Shown here one piece after another: positions 35,284 through 48,553 of a stretch of DNA of 64,000 nt. How positions within the stretch are numbered: position 1 is the stretch's first letter; each line of letters opens with the position of its first letter. Below the pieces are notes generated by a model that was given only the letters and a program-made list of their open reading frames with translations, did no database searches and was not told where the DNA came from. Source of the stretch: Monocercomonoides exilis PA203 (taxonomy: Eukaryota > Protista > Preaxostyla). The stretch spans positions 1-64,000 of the forward strand of contig LSRY02000039.1 in NCBI GenBank assembly GCA_001643675.2, read 5' to 3'. Made by a program: the position numbers and the translations under genes.

Positions 35284-38200
35284 ATGTCCAATGCCAAAAA
35301 TGCCTTTCAATTGTTCATCATCATTTTTAAAGCCCTATTCACTTGGCTGAACGCAACCTCAATAACCAATGAAACAGAAAATAGAAATACAGAAAATATT
35401 CAGATAAATTATCAATCTCCTTTTCATAATTTGAACAACTTGTACCACAACGAGTCAAAAAATTTGGAACAATTTTCAAACATTTGCAGAGAAGTTTCCA
35501 GTTTTTCATTTCCTAAACTTTCTAACAGTGCAGTTGAAACTGAGACTGATCTTGCGAATTCAACAATGAAACTGATGCAAATGGATTTTATCCAACAGCC
35601 TGATAAGTTTGGTGTTGTTTGTACAGATTTTTCGTTTTTGAAAGTTGAGTCTTGCCAAATAATTGTGAGTAACACTTTTTCAAGAAACATGTTTTTTGTT
35701 GCAAATTCATCAACTGTTATGTCAAACATTACCCTTTCTTATCCAATCAATTCTCAATCACTACAACCTCTTATATCTTCAATTCTATCATACAAAAGTT
35801 CTTATAATAAATGTGGAAACGTTGTATTTTCATCGTCATATATCAGTTCAATAAGCATTGGAGAAGAGCCACTCCTTTCACCTAGCCATGTTCCAGTTGT
35901 GGAATTGAAGAATAGCTTGTTCAGAAACATCACACAGAAAAGCAGATGTGGTACAAGCCAAGAAAAATATCAGAAAAATCAACGTGAACAATGCACATTA
36001 ATTGAAAGTTGCACCATGGAAAAAATAGACAATGGATATGAGGGAGGTATTGTTTTTGGAATGGCAGTTCGCCAAGGCTCTTTTCGTGCTTCGAATTCAT
36101 CTTTTCTTTGCTCTTCCAGAAACACTTGTCAAAGGATAAGTCATATGGACTCGGCAACTACTGAAGTTGACGGATGCTTGTTTGATGGAATGAAAGATTC
36201 TCAACGTGGAGGTGCTATTTTTCACAATTCAACAGGAAAATGTTCAATTCTAAATAGTGAATTTTCTCAATGCCAGGCACATGAAGGTGGTGCTTGTCTT
36301 TGCTTTTATTCATCAAATTTCTCCGTTTTTGGCTGTAATTTTTCAGACTGTTCGACAACTGGATGGAGTGGTTCATTGGAAGTCTATGGTAATGCGATGT
36401 GCAAAATTCAAGATTGTATTCTTTCAAATGGGCAAACAGTTGGCGGTGGGGGATTTATTTCGTTGAGATATACAAATATTGGAGATTATATTAAAAATTG
36501 TGAATTCATTAACGGGAAGACAAGCAATACAGATTATGAAGCAGGCGGAGCTATATGGGCATCAAATGATGTTTCTCTAACATTTTCTGAATGTTTTTTT
36601 ATTATGTGTAAATCAGTTAATAACGTTGGAGGAGCAATGGCTTTTTCAACTCGTACGCATACATCATTATATTCTAAATTGGCATTTTGCTTTTTTGAAG
36701 GAAACGAAGCAAAAGGAGTTGGTTCTGATATATATGCTGAGGAAAAGTGGAATTCGATATTGGTGGAGTCAAACGTTCTTTTTTGTCGCTCATTAACAAC
36801 AGCACAGAATCGTTTTTATGTTGGAAATACAGACAAAAGTTTCTTAATGCGCAATTATTTCAACCCTATTTCAGTAAATAATTCTAATGGAATTGACAGT
36901 CCTGTGTGCGGAAGTTCTGGAAGAGCTTGTAGAACTATCAAATATTCCTTTTTTGTGACAAATCCATCTGCTTCCCCAAATTTGATTAACGTTGCAGCAG
37001 GACAGTTCGAAGAAGAAGAAATGAATATTGGCAAATTAGACATTGCAGTAACTGGGAAAATGGACGAAACAACAATCATTTCGAAAATCTCAGATGTTTC
37101 GCTTTTTTCACTTTCAGAAGGAAAACTCTCACTTGATTCATTTTCAATCATCCACAGTTCTCAGGCAGCTGAATCAGCTTCTCAATCTCTTGTTTCTGTA
37201 TCATCGAATGGAATTTTTAACATTAAAAACTGTAAAATAACAACAGATACATCTCAGCAAAACGAATTTTCATCGCCATTTTTTGATATAACCAGAGGAA
37301 GCGGAACAATTGTCAATTGCGAAATCAGATCTGTTACATTTTCAAATGCACCTCTTATACGTGCAACAGATGCTGCAGAAGTTATTCTTACGAATACAAA
37401 GATAATCTCAATTCATAGGAACTTAGAAAATGGAGCAGCTATTGAATCTGAAATGGTGAGCGATGGAATAATCAAGATAAACAATGTTACGTTAAGCGAT
37501 TGTAGATGCTTGAGTGGGAATGGTGGTGGAATTTGCTGTTTGATGAGAAGTGACAATGTTTTTGATATTGGGAATTCCACAGCTGCATTATTCAGCTCAT
37601 GCGCTGTTCCCGTGGATGCAACGAAAAAAGGAAAGGGTGGTGGAATATTTCTTATTGTCGAAGATAGTGAATGCGATTTTTCTTTAAAAAATTTAACTTT
37701 TTCTAATTGCAGCGCATGGAAGGGAAGAAATTTATTTGTGGACGCACCAACTTTAAAAGATATCATAAATAATTCGTCTATAGGTTTCAGCAGAACCGGG
37801 ATGAATGATGAAGATATAATGGGTTATGAGCAAGGATATCAAGATATCCCAGTCACTTTAATTCCATTTCTTAAATCATTTTCTCCCCCTGCATTTGTAG
37901 GTGGAATGAAAGAAAGAGATTTCAACGCCTGTGGCTTTATTGATTATCCATGTTCAACAATTGAAAAGGTTGCATCAGTTCGTTTTCACAATTCAGCAAG
38001 AAGCCTCATTTTGCGTTTAGGATTTGTGTGGAAAGAAGAGATTGAGCTGAACGAGTATAATTGGAGCTTTCAATGCGAGGAAGCCGGAGATGAGATCGTT
38101 GTCGCACCTTCAACCGAGCCAACAAGTCAAGCATTGATTACAACAAATCAACAAACTCAATTCATCAATGTGATCTTTCTCCTTCCCGAAACATTATCAC

Positions 38201-41200
38201 AGACTACAAAACAATTTATGTGTTGCCAAGGGTTTTCTTTGAGGTTGACTTCATGTGAGATAAAGCCAATAACAGGAATAACTTCTATTGAATTTGCACC
38301 TTTTGCCGCTACGAATGGGATGATAATCGCCACAAATTTAGTGTGTTCATCATTTTCTTTGGAAAGCCAACCATTAATATCACTTGCTGGAATTGGTGTA
38401 ATTGGGGAATTTAATCGTATTACAGCTGAAGCAGTCAGTACAACAGCAGAATGTGGATTTTTTGAAGTGAAAGACAGAAGCACATTGAAGATGAGTAATT
38501 CTTTGATAACTTCATCGGAGACTCCATCGACAAATGCCTTTCTTAAAATATCAACAGCAAGCACAATTGAGCTTGTGAACAACACTCTTTCTAATTTTGA
38601 AAGAAACGGTTTCAATGGCGGTTGCTTTGAATGCACCTTAACTGATGGTGCATTCCTATCTGTGATTGGGGGATCTTTTAATAATTGCAAAATCGTTGGA
38701 GGGAATGGTGGGGCACTGAGTATTAAAATGGATGCTCAAAGTCGCTTTTGTATTGGAAATACATCAACAGCCGAAGACGTTGTCAGTTTTTCATCATGCT
38801 CCGCATCAAAAAAGACTGAAGAAAACACTGCTTTTGGAGGAGGAATATATTTACATGCGGAAGAAAATGCAAAGAATTTTGTTCTCAAGGAAATTTCTTT
38901 CATCGGGTGCACAGCAGAGAAAGGAAATGATTTATTTGTTTATGGATACAACCTGTCTGCTATAATAAATGAAGATAGTTTTGCGTTTCATCCAACTCTC
39001 ACAGACTTTTCAAAATTTGTTGGATTCGAAAAATGTACAACTGATACATCATATTATATTCCACTTGTGGTGTTTCTATGGAACAACTTCACTTCAAATG
39101 GCTTTGCAAGCGAATCGGAAGGAGGAGATTTCGGCAAATGCGGATTTTCTGAAGTTCCTTGTAAAACGGTTAATCATTTGATATTAACTCGTTTGACGCC
39201 ATTTCCTGCAGAACATAATACAATCACAATATTAAGTGAGGCTTCAATTCACATGGCATTTGACATTTCATTAACATCTTCTCCACCTTTTTCATCACTT
39301 CCATCACTTATCATTAAAGGCAATTCATGTGGAACGAAATTATCTATTTTTGATGAGAAATCAGTTGACCAAGCTTCGTTATTGCACTCATCCATTGAGT
39401 TGCCCCTCATGAATCTCACCTTTTCACTTCCACCTTCTTTGAATGAAACAAGATCTTGGCTTGTTTCTTCGAATAAATCACTTTCTTTCTTTAACTGTTC
39501 ACTTGAATTGAGAGAAGGAAATGGATTGACTTATTCTCTGATTTTGATTGAAGGAGGAACATTTTTTGCGAGTCAAATGTACATTGGATCCATCTCATCT
39601 GAAATAGCGATATCAACAACTACTCCATTGATTGTAATTCAAGTTACTGATTTGGCAAGTTTCATGAGCTGCTCATTTGAAAATGTCAATCATATGCAAG
39701 GTAATGGATCGTGCATTGAAGTTGAAAATCTATTAACCTCTGCAAAACTCATCATTAGCAACTGCACATTTTCAGAATGTTTTGCAACAGCAAAGGAAGG
39801 AGCTGGAGGAGCACTTCTTGGGAGCATTGCAGATGGCGCTTTTGTTGAAGTGAATGATTCATCATTCAATTCATGCAGAGTTCCAGATGATGAATCATTT
39901 GGAAGAGGGTTAGGTGGGGGCATGTATCTTGATTTCATTGGAACATCTTCACGCTTCCAGTTTTGCAACATATCATTTGAATCATGTGTTGCATGGAAAG
40001 GGAAGAATATATTTTTAAGAGCAGATTCTCTGTCAAGCAAAGTGACAAAAAAGACTATGAATTTCACATTTGATGTTGAAACAAGTGAAACACCTGATTT
40101 AGATGAGCTTAGCGGAGTGGAGAATGGAAATACCAATTATATGATACCTCTCGTTCTTCTCTTGAGGAATTTTTCGGGTTCATGCTTTGTCGGAGGTGAA
40201 AACGGAATTGATGACTTCCTTTGTGGATTTGAAGATTATTCGTGCCAAACAATTTTATATGCAGGAGCATATCGCTTTGGTGCATCTAAAGCGCTAATAC
40301 GCCTTCTTCCAACATTCTCGTTCAAAGATAGATTAAATCTGGATTCGCAAGCACTTTACATTGATTCTATAAAAGATGAAGCGCAGATACTTGTGGAGTC
40401 TAGTGGAAAGGGAGAAGGGAACGCGCTAATTGAAACAAGCATTGAAGTTAACATTTCTGGAATATGCTTTGTACTACCTTCAACTTTTTCGCCAAGTACA
40501 AGAACAGCATTATTCAGTTGCAGCGCATCCTCGCTTTCTTTTTCTGGTTGCTCAATATCTGTTCCATCATTTTCATTGATGTATTCTTTTCTTGTTGCAT
40601 CAAATGGTACAATTATCCAGAATAAACTCAAAATATGCAACACAGCCTTTGAAACAACATCTGGATTTATTTTCAGAGGAGATGGAACAAAAGGATCATT
40701 CATTCAAATTGACTTCCAAAATGTGACAACAGAAGCAGAAAATGGGTTAATTCGAGTTGATTCTGGTGCTTCTTTGTCTGTAGAAAATTCTCAAATAACT
40801 GACAGTTCAATGATTTCAAGTGAAGTCATCCGCTCACAACTGACAACCGCAATGCAACTGAAAAATTCTTCATTCAGGAATATTGAAAGAAGAAGCGGGA
40901 ATGGCGCATTACTTGTTGGAGCTGTGGGAGGAGGGAGGAAATATTCAATTGCTAACTGTTCGATAGAAAAGAGTTATTGCATCGAAAATGGAAATATAAA
41001 AGGAGGAGGAATTGTTGCGGAGGTGAAGAGGGATGGAGAATGGGAATTTGAGAAGAATAACGTGAAGGACTGCACAGTCGATGGATTGCACGGTTTTGGA
41101 GGAGGAATGTATCTTCGATTTGCGGAGGCATCTGTCAAATACTCAATGAAAAGCAATCACTTTGAATCAAACGATGCAAAGCTTGGGAAAGATGTGTATT

Positions 41201-44200
41201 TGCTGTGTCCAAGTCCTCAGGTTATGGTTAATGCAATTTATTGGGAAGGATCGGCAAAAGAAAATGACGCAACAAACACAAAATGGGTGTTTGACGATTC
41301 AGTTCCACAAGGAGCAAATATATCAATTCTGTTTTATCTGTTTCCTCCTTCAACCGAGATTATTTATGTGGAAAGTGGAGTGGAGACTTTTCAGGAGTGC
41401 GGTAGCAAAGTGTATCCCTGTTTGAGCATTCCAATTGGAGTCGATGCATTGAACGAAAACAAAAAGATTGTTCATTTGAACAACGAAAATGAGCTGAATG
41501 AAACAATTGACAGAAATGGACTTCCACTCACGATTGAAGGAGAAAGGGCAGATAGATCAGAGTTGAAGATCTATGAATTTGGGTGCTTTTCTTTGAACTC
41601 AGGAACAGCTGCAACAACATTCACGCTTTCTCAGCTTATTTTTGTTCTTCCCCAGCCGCAACATGGAACAGAAAGCTTGGTTAACTCGATGATTTTTGTT
41701 AGTACTGGTCGCTTCTCTGTTGTTAATTGTCTCTTTGGAGCAGACGATGAATTAGGCGTTGAAACTGACATGTTGATTTCGTCGGTGATTGGAGGATTCA
41801 TCGGTTTTGATTCAGTTTCATTATCAAAACTAAAATTTTCTGGAGAAAGTGGGATCACACACACAAGTGGTGGAAGAATTTTGATGGAAAATTGTAATGT
41901 GACTTCTGTTTCAAGTGACGGAGAAGGATTAATGATAGGTGAAGCAGGAAGCATAGTGTCTTTGAAAAATATTCTTGTAAAGACAAGCGTAAATGGAAAT
42001 GGGCATTTCTTGAAATCCATAAATGCCTCTCAGATTGAAATATCAGAAGGATGCATTTTTGAAGGATGCCAATCTGTGATAAAAGACGGAGGATTCCTGC
42101 ATTGTGAAACGAGCGATGAAGGAGAATTGAGTATTAAAGACTCAAAGATTCTATTGTGCTCCGTTTCAACGTTAAGCGGAAGGGGAGGAGGAATTTTCTT
42201 GCATCTATTATCTGAAGCAAATTGCAACTATCAGTTCACCAATATAATCTTTTCAAAAAATACTGCTCAGCACGGGAATGATGTGTTCCTTTCCTGCGTC
42301 GATTTGAACAAAAGCGTAAGCTCATCGAGATTTGAAACACTCGTTGGAGACCGAATGGGAACATCAACTGAAATGGAAGGAATGGATGGATTCGTTTTTT
42401 GTGATTCTCCAATAGATTTGTCTTTTCTTTTGAACCAGAGAAAAGCATCAGAAAATATCATTTCAGATCTTGGATTTGATATATTGGGCTGTGGAACAGA
42501 AGAATATCCTTGTAATTCATTCTGGAGGGGTTATATGAACATTAATTTTATGCTTTCTAAAAAGACACTGAACGTCATACAATCAACAAAGGTGACAGAT
42601 GCTTTTGACTTGTCAGGATTCACTGTACGTTCATCTGATGAATTGTTATATTGTTCGATTTTTGTGGATTCAACAATTTCTTCGTCTTTGCCTTCTTCAT
42701 CATCTTCATTAGCTGTTTTTTCATCCTCGTCAGAAACAAGTTTTCAACGAATAGCATTTCAAATTCCTTCTGGCTTCGCTTCTAGTCATCGAAATTTGTT
42801 TTCATCAAATTCTGAAAGCGATCTTTCGTTGATTAACGTTTCATTCTCCTCCTCCTCCTCCTCATCTTCATTAGACTATACATTGATAACTGCAATAGGC
42901 AACTTTGTTCTGTTGAAGAGATGTGCTGTCGAAATGCTTTCATTTTCTGAGGCACCGCTGCAATTAATGTGTTCTTCAACATTCAATGAAAGCAATTTTT
43001 TGAATGTTTCATCTCCGAATTGTGAAGAAGGAGGAATTATGAAAGTTGCATTGAGTGAAGATAATAAAATGATAATTGAAAACAGCTCGATGAAGCTGTG
43101 CTCTTGTTCATTGAGCAATGGAAGAGGAGGAGCTGTATTCATCAACTGCTCATCAGCAAATCAGAAATTACCTTTTATATTTAGCTCGACAATATTTGAA
43201 GAGAATAACGCATTTACGGGTAAGAATGCGTTCATTATTAGTTCTGACTTGAACCAAACTGTGTCAGAGCTTTCTTTTGCATTTGATTATTTGATATTTG
43301 CTGATGACTCAAATGCATTTACCGGAAGCGATGGAAGGTCAATCGATGTGGATCTATTTCGATATCTAATTTGGTATCAATCTGATGCAGTTTATCTATC
43401 TTCAGCTGGGTGCGATGTTAAGCGGTGCGGAAGCGAGGCAGATCCATGTGAAAGCTTTTGGAAAGGGATGATGCAAGTGGGTGGAGAAGCTTCGCGAAAG
43501 AAAATGATTATTGACAGATCAACAATCATTAGAGACATGTTTGATTTGTCAAATTTCTCTATCGAATCACAAAAAAGTGAAATTGAAGAGGAAGTTAAGC
43601 CTGCACTAAATATGGAGCTGAATTCTATGATCAAGAATCAACATTTTTTGCTTCTTGAATCAATTTCTATTTTCACTTTGGCTTCTTTTGTAAATGCAGA
43701 AAAGGCTGTAATTTTGAATGAAATAGGTGAGCTTCAATTTAGCAATTGTGCTCTTTCTTCATATGCATCGACACAGCAGCCAGGGGATTATTCATTTGTG
43801 ATTTCTAGAAGTGGAATTATCAAAGCAGATAAACTTTTAATCCAGGACATCAATGCGATTCAGTCAATTTTCGTTCTGGAATGGAATTGTAAATGTTTAG
43901 TTTCAGAAGTGACATCTATTTCTGTGAGAATAGTATCAGGAAGTCTCTTTTTTTTTGAAGAAGAAACAAAAATAAATGGTAATTCTGCTTCTTTAATATG
44001 CAATGGATCCAGTTTTAACACTATAACAAGATTGGATAATGGACCAAGTTGGTTATCTGTAAAAACAAATCAGTCCATTGAACTTCAGGTGAACAATTCA
44101 GTATTCGAGTCGATCAAAGCAGGCGATTCAGAAAAAGGAGGAATGGGATTTTTCGTCTTAACCGAAGAGAGTTCGATGAAGATTTCACAGTGCAAAATTT

Positions 44201-47200
44201 TGCAATGCGGATGCTCCAATACAAAAGGAAAAGGAGGAGGAGTGTACATTTTTTCAGAGTTATTCGGGAAACTTGATTTTGCCTTCATAAAATGTGACTT
44301 TGATGGAAATATCGCGTGGAGGGGAAAAGATGTTTTCGTAGAATGTCGGAATATTGAATCTCAAATAAACGAAACGCAATTCAAATTTGACATTCAAGAT
44401 GGAAGATACAATCGAATAAATGCCATTTACGGAATTGATGCAATCCACAACAACCCAACTGATTTGATGGATTTCATTACAATTTATCAGCAAAGCACTA
44501 TTTTTGTCTCATCTGGGCAAGAAATGCGAGGCGAAGATAGCAGACAATGCGGACCAGTCAAATTGCCTTGTAAAACAGTTTCATATGGAGTGGATCATGT
44601 TTATGGAGATTTGCTGAGAATGCTAATAATTGATGAAGAAAGTACGATCAGCAAGGAAATGGAATTGGAGAATCTGATACTTAAATCGCTGAATAAACAA
44701 AAAGCAACAATTCGTTTTGATGACCCCTTGGAAAAATCACGAGATTATATCATTGATGCACTGAATGATGTGTTGATTGAGAGAATTTCGTTTTCGTTTT
44801 CTTCTTTTCAGCAGATCACTCAAGGCTCAGTGTTTCATGCGAAAAACTGTTCTCTTGCAATGGCCATTTGCACTTTCACTTCATTTGATTGCTCATCGCC
44901 ATCATCCGTCAACATTCTAATTTCTGTTGATTCAGCAGTTTGTTCATTTAGAGATGTGAATATTAATAATTTGGCATGCAAGTCAATTGCAACTGCAAGT
45001 GGTGGCTTTTTACTGTTGCAAGAAGTTAATTTGGATAATGTTAAAAGTGAACAGAGTTGCATCATTGCAAAGGATACAGAATTAGATGTTACATCTTCAA
45101 ATTTCGTTGGAGTGGATGTAACTTCTGACACATCTGCTATTGTATTGGTTATTTCAAGCAATGAGAAAATGCATATTGACAATTGTACGTTTGATAAAAG
45201 TTCGTCTCTTTCAAAAAAGGAATTTCAGCCACTCTTATGCATTCAACAAACGTAATAATGGATTCTTGCTTATTCTCAAATAACACGCAACGAGAAAAAA
45301 ACGAAAATGAAAGCGTTCTGTTTGACGATGTTTGTGTTTGGAATGGATCAATGCTCCATTTAATTAATTGCTCAGCAATCGTCATGGACGCTTCCTTTTC
45401 CACTTGTGATGCCGGAGGATTGAGCGTAAATGGAGGTTGTGTCTCCTTGCAAGCTGTAAATTTCACGGATATCAGGAAGCAAATCAATAAGTATCCTTCC
45501 TCCAGAAGAAATATAATCTGTACCAATTCTGGGCTGTTGGATGTTGTCAGCCTGAAAGGCGGTGATGGATTGAAGGACAATACCTCTCTTTGGATCCTCA
45601 GCGACGGATGCGCTCTGTCTGGCCTGGCTGCTGAAAGGCCATCTCCGTTTTTCATGCCAACCCTCCAAGCGATCGACACAAACATAGAAGGCAATGAAGC
45701 TGTGCTGACCTTCACAGGAGCCCTGCTCCTCCCCTGCAATCTGTCCTTCCGCATCATCACAGCCATCGGCGATGTGGAGCTGATCGACAGGCACGATTTC
45801 CACGAAGACGGCTTTGTGTCTGAGAACAGCACAATCTCCAAAATACCAGCAGCTGTGATTTCAGATGCGCCAGACACTGCAGATGTGTACGGCTGCATTC
45901 TATTTGGGGATGCCATTAATCCATCTTCAACTGAGCTTGCTATTCTGAAGAACAAAACAGAATCGAAGACTGGAAATGATAATTTGGTTAAAGGAGGAAA
46001 AGAAGGAAAATCATCATGGGCTCTTATAATTGCAGTAATATTTGTTGTTCTGTTCTTGATTGTTCTTGTTGTTTCAATTATTGTCACCGTTCGATGGAGA
46101 AAACAAAAAAGACGAACAAAGGAGTTGGAGATAATTGTGGAAGATACAGTGAAGAAGGATCCGAAGGTGTTTGAGATGGTGACGATGGAGATGTCGCCTG
46201 AGGCGCAGTGGAGGAGGGCTGAGAGGGAGGCTGAGAAGAAGAATGAAGAGAGGATAAAGAAGAGGGCGTTTGAGAATAGCTTGGGACATTCAGAGTCATC
46301 TGAGCATCTTCTGTCCGAGAGTGGCTCCACAGAATACATTTTTGGCCAAGACTCAGACAAGATTCCTGAATGGATGCTGGAGAAGGTGGATGAGAAAGAA
46401 GAGGAGGAGGAAGAGGCCAGAAAGCGAACACCATCACCATCCATCTCATCCACTTCAACCACTTCAACGACTGATTCAGATTCCACTTTTGTTCGGGGAG
46501 AGGATCTGTGTCCGACAACCTCGTCGATGTCGAACTTGGTGGATGCAATGGCATGCTCATCACCTCATGAGAAGCTGATTGTGGACTTGAGGGATTCGCT
46601 GTTCATGCTGCTTCATGGAAGGAATAAGACAAAGGAGATGGCAATTGGAAGTCTTCAAGAAAGGGAGATGACAGCTGCCCAGATCCTGTTCTGGGTGGCT
46701 AATCTCGCGCTTCACTCATTTGATGAAATGGAAAATGAATTATCTTCTTTGGCAAATCTGAGTCCTCATATCATTCTGTTCTCAGAGCACATGGTCATCT
46801 GTATCGCTCTTCACTCTGATTGCTCATCAGACTCAGATACCTCTTCCATCTCTTCATCAACTGTTGTAACATCTGCCAGTGATGATGATGATGATGATTC
46901 CCTGCCCTCATCTGCCTTTGAGGATGAGGATGATTTCAAAAAAGAGTGCCTGAGGTGGAAGGCGCCTGAATTACTGATCAACAAGAAGATGATGGCAACA
47001 AAGGAAGCAGTTTCATTTTCGATTGGGATGATGCTGTGGGAGTGCTTGACACTTCAGATCCCATTTGGAGAATACGAAGCGGAAGTTGCCGGACAGAAGA
47101 TTGTGAAAGGAGAAAGGCCTGATATGTCTTCCGTGGAGGAGGGAAATGAAGAAAAAACAATAAAGGCCTGTCTTTCCCACAATCCCTCTGGCAGACCAAG

Positions 47201-47405
47201 TCTGGTCAATCTTAAGAGGGGGTTCATATCTCACTTTCCAAAGGGAATGGCAATCTTGACTGTTGCAGATGCAATCGACTTCGAGCAAGACACGCAATAC
47301 TATGCCAAATGCAGTTCAAGCGGAGTCAGCCATGCAAAAAGATCCGTTGACCATCACCAGATTGAGGATGATGAAAAATCACTTTTGACTCGCATGCATT
47401 TGTGA
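35284..47405 (+). CDS. Giant type-I membrane protein (~4,040 aa): beta-helix/Pmp-like GG-motif and CG..PC repeat ectodomain, TM, degenerate TKL-like kinase C-lobe; one frameshift at A6 run 45213-45218
   Basis: 3323-aa and 722-aa overlapping ORFs. Hydrophobic N-terminus; recurring GGAI/GGGIF/FxxC and CG-x(4-5)-PC modules; TM WALIIAVIFVVLFLIVLVVSIIVTV; RWKAPE, FSIGMMLWECLTLQIPF, GERP. No recognisable HRD or DFG. Confidence 0.88.
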
Positions 47406-48068
47406 AAGAAGACATTAGCATTACACAAGAATATGAAGAAAACATGCTAAGACGATTCTCAATCTTTACAATGGGGTTGGATCGATCGTTTTCTGAATAT
47501 ACAAAAACATGGAATGGATATAGCATAATTCCAAAACAAAAAAAAAAAAAATGAAATGAAATGAAAAAGAAAAAAAAAGAAAGAAAGAAAATTTTTTAAA
47601 TAAAATAAATAGCGGTTGTCCACAACGGAGACTCAACCCAATGATCATCATTTTCATTTTGTCACTCCATCTTTAAACAAAATAAACACACGTGTAAATT
47701 CATGCAAAGAATTTGAAGTTGCTGTCTCAGAAACATGAACAAAAAATAAAATAAAAACAAATCGCCTTTATCCAATTTGCAACTTGTTATCACCAAATCA
47801 CAAGCACTTCGCAATAAAAAAAACTTTATCGTCATAATTTGAAGAGAAAATTATCAAGAGCGCTCTTTAGTATGTTTTTAGATTACATTCGGGATTTTAA
47901 TGCACGCCATAAAATAATAAACCTCAATATTCATCTGTAGTCATGATATTCAAATTTTTCTATCTGTAAAAGTTTTATTATATATTTGATCATAAAATTT
48001 TAAAATTGGTTATTGCTGTTCACATCTTTTAATATAATATCAAATTCTGAACGTAATATTGTGATTGA

Positions 48069-48216
48069 TCAATGCACAGGATACGACAGGAAACAAAATT
48101 GTTATATGTTGCAGCTATGATGATAACATTTCGTGCACATAAGTTTTTATCTGTCGATTGTTTGAGGAAACTTTCATAAAATTTTATTTTCAATTTTGGT
48201 GAAATTCAAAAATCTT
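48069..48216 (-). repeat. 148-bp inverted repeat, right copy
   Basis: tcaatgcacaggatacgacagg...gaaattcaaaaatctt, followed outward by a T-rich (TTTA)n tract. Confidence 0.92.
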
Positions 48217-48257
48217 CTTTTTTTTTTTTATTTTTTTTTAATTTTTTATTATTTCAT

Positions 48258-48288
<31 letters not shown>

Positions 48289-48553
48289 TTTTTGTGGTGA
48301 ATGCCAGAACCTTCTTTTCATTTCTTTTTCAATTCAAAATCATTATTTGGCATTTAATCTTTAGAATTAATTCTAAAAGACTCATGAAATATTTTAATTG
48401 CAATTCGCGATTGCTTGTAAATAATAATTTCTAGAGACGAAAATTAATATAGAAATTAAAATAAAAAACTGAACAGTAAAATCCCTTTCAAAAATAAGAA
48501 CTCTTCAAGATTATAAATCTTCTCAAATAAATTGAAAAAATTTAAATTTCAAT

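Noticed and set aside
35424-47297. Many antisense ORFs over the receptor genes (e.g. 45149-46486, 10249-11142)
   Set aside because: Shadow ORFs of the sense coding sequence with no independent motifs.
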